The notes beneath the pieces are model-generated. The model was not told the origin of the DNA, did no database searches, and saw only the letters and a program-made list of their open reading frames with translations. This document shows positions 17,229 through 30,600 of a stretch of DNA of 64,000 bases, in pieces (within the stretch, counting starts at the first letter, position 1; each line of letters opens with the position of its first letter). This stretch comes from a bacterium. GTDB lineage: Bacteria; UBA8248. The position numbers and the translations under genes were made by a program. The stretch lies in contig CBDBZY010000064.1 in the NCBI GenBank assembly GCA_965213685.1, positions 288,001 through 352,000 on the forward strand, given 5' to 3'.

Positions 17229-20200
17229 TCACATTTTTTCATATCCTAGTCTTCCTCTAATCATGTTGACACAGGGACCAAAAGTGAAAACAAAACCATC
17301 CTGAAAGAAACAGATAAAGGAGTATATATCAGCATATGAACAGAGTGTTGAACTCTGGGTTAGTAACCTTAATAAGAAAGGGTAGGTCCTTCCAGAATGC
17401 CAAATTAGGAATAACGTCCAATCCTCTAGCCTCCTTTGCTTGGTACATGTAGATTCCTCCGACCACAAAGTAAGTAATCACTCCGACAATTGCCCTGTAG
17501 GTGAAAGTCAGTTGACAATGTAAAGCTATTGTCTATACTAGCAATCCAACAGGCCACTAAAACAGAGGTTCTGTATCACATGGTTCTACAACTGTAGCAC
17601 TAGCCAAAACATAATATTATAAGCCAAACGTTTCGACTGCCCTCCAGCAGTCTTCTTCAGTGGCAAATGACACACAGAGTACAGCACACAAGTACATAGC
17701 AACGAACAATACTACAGTTGTAGAACCGTGTGTTATGGATTCACCTAGCCACACAGGCCTCTATAGAGGCTCTGTATGATGTACAGTGGAGCCTCTGAAC
17801 AACGGACACATTGGGAGCAGGCCTTTTGTCCGTTGCAGAGAGGTGTCCCTATCTGGGAGATTGACTCTCATGTAACTTGGTTCTACCCTTAAGTACACTC
17901 TACCAACTGTTGCTTAAGCATATTAGTGGCCATAGCAACTTGGCCTGAGCTACGCCGTAGTATCCTTGGTACACACATGGAGCCACGCCTTCTCTTGTGC
18001 AAGGGGGCGTGGCTTTCAGTCTGTCCACTCTTAGAAGCTTTTTTTTACAGCCATGATCATTCTGGGCCTAGCTGAGTGTTCGTTGTCCAGAACAGAGAGG
18101 CTACAATTGTCCATTTCTCGGAGGTTAAAAATGTACTAGATGCATGCTAAAATCAAACGGTGCCTTTCGTGCTGTCCGTTGTATGGAGGTTGTCCGCATC
18201 TCGGAGGGTCCGTTAAGGGAGGTTCTACTGTAGTAGCAGATGTATAGAGATACTGAAGAGAGCATTGCATGCCCCCATCGTTATTCCTCTTTGTCATTAG
18301 AATCACTCAAAAATGAAGGCTGTAAAATCCTCAAAGTAATCAAAGATCAGAATAGAAATGTCATCCCTTCAATCCCATGGCACAGTATGCTCTGTTCAAT
18401 ACTAGAAATGTACGCCACCAGTGCTTGGAAGCAGGCACCTTGTGAATGTGTCTGCCACAAATAGTCTAGTGCCTATGGTTCTATCAGGGAAGGCAGTGAA
18501 CTCCAATACCTACATGCTCCTATACATCTTCTATCTAGTCTACTATGCAACTATTAATGTCAATACACATGTGGACAAACGTTGGTTACTGACAGTGCAA
18601 TGATGACCCAGCCAATCACTCCAGCTTCTGTTCCTCCTCCTCCACCTCCTCCTCCACTGCTTTGTGAGACAAAAGCAACAACCTTTCCTGTTGCTGCAAA
18701 CTCCTGGATTTGAACAAAAAACTATACTACATAAAACATTGATGGTGTAAATCTATTGGCAATTTAATAAGGAACTATCTGTATTTCACTAAAGGTTTGC
18801 CTGAACCTTCATGCATTATAGTGAGTCTGGCTACATAGCCTGAGAGCTTTACAAGTACGTACATTAAGTGAGGAGGCAAGAGGCCCTTTGGATGCTTCTG
18901 CAGTTGAATGAACAACTTTGGAGAATTAATAGAGAGTGCCAACACCACACAATGGATGTATTCTCCGAAGCAGAATGATGAGGTGTGATGGGATATGCTC
19001 AGGTTTCCCAAGCCAAAACATTCTAAAGGAAGGTTGACTCATATCTCACATGTATTGAGGAAGTAGAGAGCTCATCCCAGTTTATGCATGAACATCTAGG
19101 CTAAAGATTCAAACTGGGATTAATACACCGATGAGAGATAAACAAACGTGTTGGAAAAAATATAAAAACAGACTTATGGATAACGTACAATGGTCATTAC
19201 TGCCATGTCAAAAAATAGTGTACTGCATGAAAATACAACAATACTTTTATAATATCAACCTACATAGGTAACATCAGGAAGTTCCTCTGAAAATGCAATT
19301 GTTGGAGGGTCCGTTTTTGAGTATGTAAATCTCATTTTTGCTTGTCTAAGGGAAGAAGAGCGATACCGATCAATATGCTACTATTATAGAGTCAGTAGAC
19401 TCTCTATGTAGGAGTGGGGCTGACACACCCATGGCATAATGCGTGTACATTTCTAAACTCCTAAACATCATTGTCACAGCACAATGCTGTTCCCTATAAT
19501 CTTCTAGCATAGGCTAAAGAGAATGCCATGCAAGTACTAAAAACGATGCAGGAATGTGGTTTTTGTGTGCCCTAGCTGTCTTCCCTGCACACTGCCATCC
19601 CTACGCTTAGCTTCTGCGGTTTTGACACTGCCATCCCTAACATCCTTCTACCATTTTTGAAAATGTATTGATAACGTATGTTGCAGTTTTGCATACTGCT
19701 TACCTTGCAGTACCATCTGAATCAGGATCTCCATCAAAATAGTTAATAGTAAAATAGAGGGGGTCGTAATCATTTATAAACCACGTCATGTCACTAGTCT
19801 GTCGGCCCAGTACAGTCCAACGATCTTGTGAAATTATGTACTGGCATACCTGCAATGCAGATAGTAGTAATTTAGAGAATATGCCTTTGTAAGTACAATG
19901 TACGTATTATATAGTAAGTGCTAATGTAGAGTAATGTGACATAGCCTATAGTAAGAAAGTTACTTTTTTCTGTCACTCTGAGGCAGGTTATGTGACAGCA
20001 TACAATAAGCATGATCCATGTACACATGTTAGCTATCAAGGGGCTAAGACAATTATTTGTACTTACTGTTCCCACATCAACATCTGGCTCACAGACCATC
20101 GGTGTACAAGGATTGAATTTGTATGAATACTTTGCTGGGTCATCAGACAGAACGTCCACACTGTATGGGTAGAGCCCAGAATGGCAACAGTACATGTATA

Positions 20201-21620
20201 CATGTATCCTCCAGCACTTTCTACTTGTTCAATATTATGTATGTGTATAGTTAGGACAATGAAGGTGTTCATAGTTCCACCGTCCCTGCGCAATGAATCT
20301 TTTGTTTCACTGAATGACCTTGGACTCTCTAACTCTCCTGATGTTGGAAGACTGATGCTATGCACAGTCATGCGATTAATATGTCATTTCCTACCCACAG
20401 TTAGCGTCAGTGCAGGAATACGAGTGTCATATCTATGTGTCTACACTTACATATTATCAGTGTAAATATTTGGTTGTACTATATATCCCTGCACCATGTC
20501 ATCATACTCCATGTGTAATTAGCTACCTCCAAAGTATCCTGTACTACTCACAATGTCATCATAAATATGTCATTAATGAGACATTTTTGTCATACAGAAT
20601 TGTGACATGGCAGAGTCTTTTACCTGTATAGTATAGCAAAAACATATATAGGAGGGCTAAGAGTATCAGTATACAGTATAGGCCATCATGACAGTCAAGA
20701 AGGAGTCAAATGTCACTTCAGGTACTTTCAAGTAGAAGGACAGATGTATATATACATTGCTTAATTTCTATGATCCCAACCACCAGAAACAAAGTAAATT
20801 GGTGCTCTAGAGTGAGGAGGATTATCCTTCCAGAGCACTCCATACCAAATTTGGTGCTAAAGCATGTAGTACTCATTTGGCTTGGTGTGCCATCACAATC
20901 AACATGCAAGATTGCATGCACATGTAGCAGTGTATAGCCGTGTACATAGTGCCCATTGTTAATAGTCTACACCATCATGACACAGAGGTTTCCTATTTCC
21001 TGTTGTTGGAAACTGCAATCAGTGAGAGACAAAATCAGTCATTGCTCAGCATTGTTCTGTCTCAGTCTGGCCCCAGCCCCCGTAGCTACGCCCAGTGCGG
21101 TGACAACGGGGACGGTGTACGCTTGTACAGCTTCTCGGCTTATCCGCCGACTCTAGCTGTTCCGATCCAAAATCAAAAGACGTAAATACGAACCTCGGGT
21201 TTGAGATAGTCTCGCGGGCCAGACCCTCTCGGCATGCCGAGAGGGTCTGGCCCGCGAGACTAGGTTTGAGAAAACAGCGCGAAACCCCAGTGGGTGACAG
21301 CTATGAACAAATGGCAGGGCACGCCTACTACTAGCGCTTATCTAGCTATAAACCTTAGTTGCAGCCTCGCCACAAGGCTCCTGCACGGTCTGGAGATTTG
21401 GCAGCGTGTTTAGTGTTCGCTGCAGTACACAATACAACGCTACACAGTTCTACTCAACTCACGGGTACTTGAAGTAGTTGGAAATGTCCAGCGTCTTATT
21501 ATTTGGCGCCTTACACTTACACTTGTTCGAGGCGTCTATAGTGCACTTGTCCAGACTGTGCACAGCATCTAACAACGCTAGGCAGAGAAGGCAGAACACT
21601 CTTAGTGACCAGCTCTCCAT
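17229..21620 (-). CDS. CD-M6PR/ATG27-like protein, copy 4 (7 exons, intact)
   Basis: MESWSLRVFCLLCLALLDAVHSLDKC..KCKC..LDISNYFKYP/VDVLSDDPAKYSYKFNPC..VC../VCQYIISQDRW..DGTAR/QAKMRFTY..SEELPDVTY/EFAATG..poly-Gly..IGWVIIAL/AIVGVITYFVVGGIYMYQAKEARGLDVIPNLAFWKDLPFLIK/DGFVFTFGPCVNMIRGRLGYEKM*. Confidence 0.87.
17782..18231. mobile_element. Tc1/mariner-type (pogo/Tigger-like) MITE in an intron
   Basis: TA|CAGTGGAGCCTC..AACGGAC ... GTCCGTT..GAGGTTCTACTG|TA terminal inverted repeats. Confidence 0.7.
19385..19680 (-). mobile_element. Short HINE-like element (intron 3 of copy 4; also at ~24660-24950 and ~29331-29630)
   Basis: AGAGTCAGTAGACTCTCTATGTAGG end, with CACTGCCATCCCTA sub-terminal repeats at the far end. 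Confidence 0.55.
21207..21262. mobile_element. 56-bp perfect palindrome micro-transposon with 9-bp TSD
   Basis: Perfect 28+28 palindrome flanked by GGTTTGAGA twice (21198-21206, 21263-21271). The paralogous sites at ~26469 and ~31921 are empty and carry one GGTTTGAGA. Confidence 0.92.
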
Positions 21621-22175
21621 ATCTCTACATCCGAAATGCTGGTATATTAAACTGACTCAGTATTATTCATAACATTACGCCGTCACGTGTTGGCGTCACG
21701 TGGTTTACATAGTATATAATTATAACCGTAGTATGACCCTCCTACGTCCAAAATTGATAAAAACGTAACTATCTAAAATCTTTACTTTTGCTGCTTTACC
21801 TAGGCTTACGTACATAACTACACTCCCATCACTGATGATGATGATGATAAGGTCCACAGCCCTGCACTTCATCAGTCAGCTAGTCAGCTATATAACCATC
21901 ACGTGTATATATAGGATTCAAGCATATGCCGAGAGCCTGAGACACATGTCATATGTGTCTAACTAGCATGTGGCTATAATAACTTGTCCTCCCCAATTCT
22001 CATTCCCTTATTCACTTCCTTTTGTCCCTCCCCCACCACCTTATAACATCCAGTGAACAAAAAACCGAATTCTTACATGGCAAATCTGCATGACCTGTCT
22101 CACATGTTTTTAGTACAGGATAGGGATAAATGTCTTATACCTGACATTTAGCCCTATCCTCTACTGAAAATGTGT

Positions 22176-22221
<46 letters not shown>

Positions 22222-22464
22222 CAGACATAAAGAGGTGTAGAGTCATACAAGGCACTGGTACAGACATGACTGTACATGCCTAAAGATATGACATTGTGTT
22301 ATAATACTTGTCATGCAGCTACAGTATGTGAGAATGTGATCACATACATCACTGTGAATATACAAAGTATTATTATGTATACATCTTAGTTGATTAGGTA
22401 GAAAAAAAGGTGTGTAGCTATTAAATGGATGATTATAATCTTCCAGGTAGTCCTACTGTAATGA

Positions 22465-25400
22465 TCAGAGTTCTTGATAGCTCTGTGCTTTCCTAATGGA
22501 GGGGCTGATAGTAAGCATGACTCCATCCTGGATATAGGTAGAGGATTGAGGTAGTTATTTTGGGTTAGATGTACTTGATTACAATGTATATAGTCATACC
22601 ATGAATAGGAAGGGAAGGTGAGTGCAGAATGGACTTCTTTTCTTTACGAGCCCCCCTCCTGGTGTACATGTAGATCCCTCCAATCACATTTAGCACAAAG
22701 CATGACACAATAGCAACTATAGCTCTGTAAGGGACACAAATAGCACAACCTTACAACCTTGATGTGTACACAGTTCAATACCAGAAGTGTATATACACCA
22801 CCAGGGCCTTAAAAACAGGTACCCGATGAATGTGTCAGTCACAAAATTAGTCTAGTTCTATTGAGAAGACAATACATACCTATACTCGTATCTTCTACCT
22901 ATTCTTTACTACCGTATAGCGGGTATTTTTTGGGGGGTGAAATTTTAATGAGGAGTGAATTTTTGGCCAGTTCGTGGAAAACGTTTCATGGTTGCGGTAT
23001 ACTAAACCACACCCCAGTACATTGCGCTACTGTTTCGTGGGTAAAGAGTTCGTGGTTCGCCTCTCAACCACGAAAACCACGAAACTTGTACCCCCCGAAA
23101 AATACCCGCTATATGGTACTACATGACAATACACATGTGGGCAAACACTTGGTTACTGACAGTGCAATGATGACCCAGCTCTGCTCCTCCTCCACCTCCT
23201 CCTCCACTGGTTTGTGAGACAAAAGCAACAACCTTTCCAGTTGCTGCAAACTCCTGGGTTTGATAAATATTGATGGTGTAAATCATCAACATGCTCCTTC
23301 CTTTCCTCCCTCCCTCACTCTTTTCCTCCTTTTTTTTAAACAAATGCACATTATGTAGACAAGAACTATACTTGTTTTCACATAACATTTTGTCTAAACC
23401 TTCATGCCTTATAGTTAGTCTGGCTTTAGTCAACCCTCAACATGAGAGCTTTGCAGGTATGTACATTAAGTGTGAGGAGCCAAGAGCTGATCAGGCCATT
23501 TGCTTCTGCATGCAGTTGAATTGAACAACTTTTAAGAATGTTTGATGACTACCAACTGATCAAACATGCACAAATATTGCAAAATACTTTTGGAAATCTG
23601 CCTTGTGTAGAGTCTGATGGGATATGCTCAGGTTCCCCAAGCTGGTGTGGAAATATGCCAAAGAGTTCTAAAGGAACCCAGTGTGTTTGATTCACACGTA
23701 TTGAGGCGGTAGAGACAAAGATATCGCCCCATTTTATGCATGAACATGTAGGGCATAAAGTATCAAACTAGGAATAATGTACCGCCAAAAGACAAACAAA
23801 CATGGTCGATGAAAACATATAAGTACTGACCTATGGATGACCTACAATGGTCTTTACTGCCATATAAATAATATAGTGCACTGCATGAAACTGCAACAAT
23901 ACTAATACACACTTTTGATTGCAAAGTACATATTACAAATGTATCAACCTACATAGGTGACATCAGGAAGTTCATGTGAAAATGCAATTGTTGGAGGGTC
24001 CGTTTTTGAGTATGTAAATCTCCTGCCTGAATCTTCATGCAATATAGTGAGTCTGGCTATATAGTCTGAGAGCTTTGCAAGTATGTGCATTAAGTGTGAG
24101 GAGCCAAGAGGCCCTTAGCTTCTGCAGTTAAGTGAACAACTTTGGAGAACTAATGGAACATGTACATTAATAGAGAGTGCCAACACCACACAATGGATGT
24201 ATTCTCCTAAGCAGAGTGATGAGGTGCGATGGGATATGCTTAGGTTTCCCAAGCTGGTGTGAAAACATGCCAAAACATTCTAAAGGTTGACTCATACATG
24301 TATCTCACATGTATTGAGGAAGTAAAACAGAGATATCATCCCAGTTTATGCATGAATTACATCTAGGCTAAAGATTCAAACTGGGATTAATACACCAATG
24401 AGAGATAAATAACATGTTGGAAAAAACATAGGTACATACTTATGGATAACCTACAATAGTCATTACTGCCACATCAAAGAAATAGTGCACTGCATGAATA
24501 CGTTTTGTTTGCAAAGTATTTCAATTGTATCAACCTACATAGGTAACATCAGGAGGTTCCTCTGAAAATGCAATTGTAGGGGGATCCGTGTTTGAGTATG
24601 TAAATCTCATTTTTGCTTGTCTAAGGGAAGAAGAGAGATACCGATCAATATGCTACTATTATAGAGTCAGTAGACTCTCTATGTAGGAGTGGGGCTGACA
24701 CACTCATGGCATAATGCGTGTACATTTCTAAATTCCTAAACATCCTTGTCACAGCACAATGCTGTTCCCTGTAATCTTCTAGCATAGCCTAAAGAGAATG
24801 CCATGCAAGTACTAAAAACCGATGCAGGAATGTGGTTTTTGTGTGCCCTGTCTTCCCTGCACACTGCCATCCCTACACCTAGCTTCTGTGGTTATGACAC
24901 TGCCATCCCTAACATCCTTCTACCATTTTTGAAAATGTATTGATAACGTATGTTGCAGCTTTGCATACTGCTTACCTTGCAGTACCATCTGAAATAAGGA
25001 TCTCCATCAAAATAGTTAATAGTAAAATAGAGGGGGTCGTAATCATTTATAAACCACGTCATGTCACTAGTCTGTCGGCCCAGTACAGTCCAATGATTTT
25101 GTGAAATTATGTACTGGCATACCTGCAATGCAGATAGTATATAGTAATTTAGAGAATATGACTTTGTAAGTACAATGTACGTATTATATAGTAAGTGCTA
25201 ATGTAGAGTAATGTGACATAGCCTATAGTAAGAAAGTTACTTTATTCTGTCACTCTGTGAGGCAGGTTATGTGACAGCATACAATAAGCATGATCCATGT
25301 ACACATGTTAGCTATCAAGGGGCTAAGAAAATTATTTGTACTTACTGTTCCCACATCAACACCTGACTCACAGACCATCGGTGTACAAGGACTGAATTTG

Positions 25401-26818
25401 TATGAATATTTTGTTGGGTCATCAGATTGAACGTCCACACTGTATGGGTAGAGCCCAGAATGGCAACAGTACATGTATACATGTATCCTCCAGCACTTTC
25501 TACTTGTTCAATATTATGTATGTGTATAGTTAGGACAATGAAGGTGTTCATAGTTCCACTGTCCCCGCGCAATGAATCTTTTGTTTCACTGGACTCTCTA
25601 ACTCTCCTGATGTTGGAAGACTGATGCTATGCACAGTCATGCGATTAATATGTCATTTCCTACCCACAGTTAGCGTCAGTGCAGGAATACGAGTGTCATA
25701 TCTATGTGTCTACACTTACATATTATCAGTGTAAATATTTGGTTGTACTATATATCCCTGCACCATGTCATCATACTCCATGTGTAATTAGCTACCTCCA
25801 AAGTATCCTGTACTACTCACAATGTCATCATAAATATGTCATTAATGAGACATTTTTGTCATACAGAATTGTGACATGGCAGAGTCTTTTACCATCTGTA
25901 TAGTATAGCAAAAACATATATAGGAGAGCTAAGAGTATCAGTATACAGTATAGGCCATCATGACAGTCAAGAAGGAGTCAAACGTCACTTCAGGTACTTT
26001 CAAGTAGAAGGACAGATGTATATATACATTGCTTAATTTCTATGATCCCGACCACCAGAAACAAAGTAAATTGGTGCTCTAGAGTGAGGAGGATTATCCT
26101 TCCAGAGCACTCCATACCAAATTTGGTGCTAAAGCATGTAGTACTCATTTGGCTTGGTGTGCCATCACAATCAATATGCAAGATTGCATGTACACGTAGC
26201 AGTGTATAGCCGTGTACATAGTGCCCATTGTTAATAGTCTACACAATCATGACATGAGGTTTCCTATTTCCTGTGGTTGGAAACTGCAATCAGTGAGAGA
26301 CAAAATCAGTCATTGCTCAGCATTGTTCTGTCTCAGTCTGGCCCCAGCCCCCATAGCTACGCCCAGTGCGGTGACAACGGGGACGGTGTACGCTTGTACG
26401 GCTTCTCGGCTTATCCACCGACTCTAGTTATTCCGATCCAAAATCAAAAGACGTAAGTACGAACCTCGGGTTTGAGAAAACAGCGCGAAACCCCAGTGGT
26501 GACAGCTATGAACAATTGGCAGGGCACGCTATCGGTTATTTAGCTATAAACCTTAGTTGCAGCCTCGCCACAAGGCTCCTGCACGGTCTGGAGATTTGGC
26601 AGCGTGTTTGGTGTTCGCTGCAGTACACAATACAACGCTACACAGTGCTACTCAATTCACGGGTACTTGAAGTAGTTGGAAATGTTCAGCGTCTTATTAT
26701 TTGGCGCCTTACACTTACACTTGTTCGAGGCGTCTATAGTGCACTTGTCCAGACTGTGGACAGTATCTAACAACGCTAGGCAGAGAAGGCAGAACACTGT
26801 TAGTGACCAGCTCTCCAT
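22465..26818 (-). pseudogene. CD-M6PR-like copy 5 (chimeric pseudogene)
   Basis: Exons 1-4 are like copy 4 and exons 5-7 like copy 6. There is a 1-bp insertion at the end of exon 3 (GDPYFRWYCK instead of GDPDSDGTAR), a 14-bp deletion in exon 5, and a partial duplicate of exon 4 at ~23950-24021. Confidence 0.8.
22910..23118. mobile_element. TA-flanked MITE (TACCGTATAGCGGGTATTTT...AAAATACCCGCTATATGGTA); other copies ~28110-28320, ~43443-43638, partial ~47759-47901
   Basis: ~20-bp terminal inverted repeats and a shared internal sequence among copies; absent from the equivalent intron of copy 4. Confidence 0.8.
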
Positions 26819-27377
26819 ATCTCTACATCCGAAATGCTGGTATATTAAACTGACTCAACCTTATTCATAACATTACGCCGTCACGTGTTGGCGTCACGTG
26901 GTTTACATAGTATTATTATAATTATGACCGCAGTATGACCCTCCTACGTCCAAAATTGATACAAACGTAACTATCTAAAATCTTTACTTTTGCTGCTTTA
27001 CCTAGGCTTACGTACATAACTACACTCCCATCACTGATGATGATGAGGTCCACAGCCCTGCACTTGATCAGTCAGCTAGTCAGCTATATAACCATCACAT
27101 GTATATATAGGATTCAAGCATATGCTGAGAGGCTGGGACACGTCATATGTAGCACATGGCTATAATAACTCGTCCTCCCCAATTCTCATTCCCTTATTCA
27201 CTTCCTTTTGCCCCTCCCCCACCACCTTATAACGTTCAGTGAACAAAAAACCGAATTTCTTACATGGCAAAGCTGTATGACACATGAATGACCTGTCTCA
27301 CAGGTTTTTAGTACAGGATAGGGCTAGATGTCTTATACCTGACATTTAGCCCTATCCTCTACTGAAAATGTGTGTGT

Positions 27378-27408
<31 letters not shown>

Positions 27409-27696
27409 GGGGGGGAGGAGGGGACCAGACATAAAGAGGTGTAGAGTCATACAAGGCACTGGTACACACATGACTGTACATGCCTAAAGATATGACATTG
27501 TGTTATAATACTTGTCATGCAGCTACAGTATGTGAGAATGTGATCACATACATCACTGTGAATATACAAAGTATTATTATGTATACATCTTAGTTGATTA
27601 GGTAGAAAAAAAGGTGTGTAGCTATTAAATGGATGATTACAATCTTCCAGGTAGTCCTACTGTAATGATCAGAGTTCTTGATAGCTCTGTGCTCTC

Positions 27697-30600
27697 CTAA
27701 TGGAGGGGCTGATAGTAAACATGACTCCATCCTGGATATAGGAAGAGGATTGAGGTAGATATTTTGGGTTAGATGTACTTGATTACAATGTAGTCAAACC
27801 GTGAATAGGAAGGGAAGGTGAGTGCAGAATGGACTTCTTTTCTTTACGGGCCCCCCTCCTGGTGTACATGTAGATCCCTCCAATCACATTTAGCACAAAG
27901 CATGACACAATAGCAACTATAGCTCTGTAAGGGACACAAATAGCACAACCTTACAACCTTGATGTGTACACAGTTCAATACCAGAAGTGTATATACACCA
28001 CCAGGGCCTTAGAAACAGGTACCCGATGAATGTGTCAGTCACAAAATTAGTCTAGTTCTATTGAGAAGACAATACATACCTATACTCGTATCTTCTACCT
28101 ATTCTTTACTACCGTATAGTGGGTATTTTTCGGGGGGGGTGAAATTTTAATGAGGAGTGAATTTTTGGCCAGTTTGTGGAAAAATTTTCATGGTCGCGGT
28201 ATACTAAACCACACCCCAGTACATTGCGCTACTGTTTTGTGGGTAAAAAGTTCATGGTTCGCCTCTCAACCACGAAAACCACGAAACTTGTACCCCCCTA
28301 AAAATACCCACTATATGGTACTACATGACAATACACATGTGGGCAAACACTTGGTTACTGACAGTGCAATGATGACCCAGCCAATCACTCCCAACTCTGT
28401 TCCTCCTCCACCTCCTCCTCCACTGGTTTGTGAGACAAAAGCAACAACCTCTCCAGTTGCTGCAAACTCCTGGGTTTGATAAATATTGATGGTGTAAATC
28501 ATCAACATCCTCCTTCCTTTCCTCCCTCCCTCCCTCACTCTTTTCCTCCTTCCCTTCCTCCCTCCCTACCTCACTCTTTTCTTCCTTTTTTTTAAACAAA
28601 TGCACATTATGTAGACAAGAACTATATACTTGTTTTCACATAACATTTTGTCTAAACCTTCATGCCTTATAGTTAGTCTGGCTTTAGTCAACCCTCAACA
28701 TGAGAGCTTTGCAGGTATGTACATTAAGTGTGAGGAGCCAAGAGCTGATCAGGCCATTTGCTTCTGCATGCAGTTGAATTGAACAACTTTTAAGAATGTT
28801 CGATGACTACCAACTGATCAAACATGCACAAATATTGCAAAATACTTTTGGAAATTTGCCTTGTGTAGAGTCTGATGGGATATGCTCAGGTTCCCCAAGC
28901 TGGTGTGGAAATATGCCAAAGAGTTCTAAAGGAACCCAGTGTGTTTGATTCACACGTATTGAGGCGGTAGAGACAGAGATATCGCCCCATTTTATGCATG
29001 AACATGTAGGGCATAAAGTATCAAACTAGGAATAATGTACCGCCAAAAGACAAACAAACATGGTCGATGAAAACATATAAGTACTGACCTATGGATGACC
29101 TACAATGATCTTTACTGCCACATAAATAATATAGTGCACTGCATGAAAATGCAACAATACTAATACACACTTTTGTTTGCAAAGTACATATTACAAATGT
29201 ATCAACCTACATAGGTGACATCAGGAAGTTCCTGTGAAAATGCAATTGTTGGAGGGTCCGTTTTTGAGTATGTAAATCTCATTTTTGCTTGTCTAAGGGA
29301 AGAAGAGCGATACCGATCAATATGCTACTATTATAGAGTCAGTAGACTCTCTATGTAGGGGTGGGGCTGACACACCCACAGTACGTGTGCATGTGAAAAC
29401 CTTCTAAACTCTCCTGAACATTGTTTCACTGCATAATGTTGCTCCCAGTAATCTCATAGCATAGCTAAAGGAAGATGCAATGTTATAAACATGATGTAGG
29501 AATGGGATAGTTGTGTGGTCTTTGTATGCCCTGCTTTGCCTGCACGCTACCATCTCTACACTCACATGTAGTTTCTGTGGTTTTGGTCACTGCCATCCCT
29601 ACATCCTTCTAAATTCTTGGAAAGTGTACTGGTGACATTATGTAAGCACTATATACATACTGCTTACCTTGCAGTACCATCTGAATCAGGATCTCCATCA
29701 AAATAGTTAATAGTAAAATAGAGGGGGTCGTAATCATTTATAAACCACGTCATGTCACTAGTCTGTCGGCCCAGTACAGTCCAACGATTTTGTGAAATTA
29801 TGTATTCGCATACCTACAATGCAGATAGTAGTAATTTAGAGAATATGCCTTTGTAAGTACAATGTATTTGTAAACTGCAAACGTACAGTAATGTGAAATA
29901 GCCAATAGTAAGTAAGTGACTTTATTGTGAGGCCATTTATGTGACAACATACAAAAATATGCATGATCCATTTGTGCATACATAGTGAATATCGAGGGGC
30001 TAAGACAATTAGAGTTAAAGCAACGTGCAAGTATACTGTGGGTGTTATTGAACATGGTTGAGGTTGAGAGAATGATAACGCACTCGGCTTCACTATGTGA
30101 TTATTATTTCTCGAGAGTGCAACAGCAGGACTGGTCAACTACACGTATGTTCTGATAAGGCGATAAGGCATTTCTATGAGGTTGTGAGCTACTGCATGTA
30201 TTTCCCACAGCTGTATGTTAACTTCCACCGCCTCTAGCATGGAGTTTATTGTACTGTTGGCACTTTTGATACGCCCATGCAGCTGTACTTACTGTTCCCA
30301 CAGCAACATCTGGCTCACAGACAATTGGTGTACAAGGACTGAATACGTATGAGTATCTTGTTGGGTGATCAGATTGAACTTCCACACTGTATGGGTTGAG
30401 CCCAGAACAGCAACATAATTATTGAGTACATGTATCTATCATCCAATACTTTCTACTTGTACAATATGATGTATGTGAAGTTTGGACAATAATTGGTATG
30501 ATCATGGCAAGCACACAACTCTATCATAATATATATGGAAGGTGTTCAGAGTTCCGATGTCCCTGCGCAATGGAATGACCTCAGACTCATTAACTTTCCT

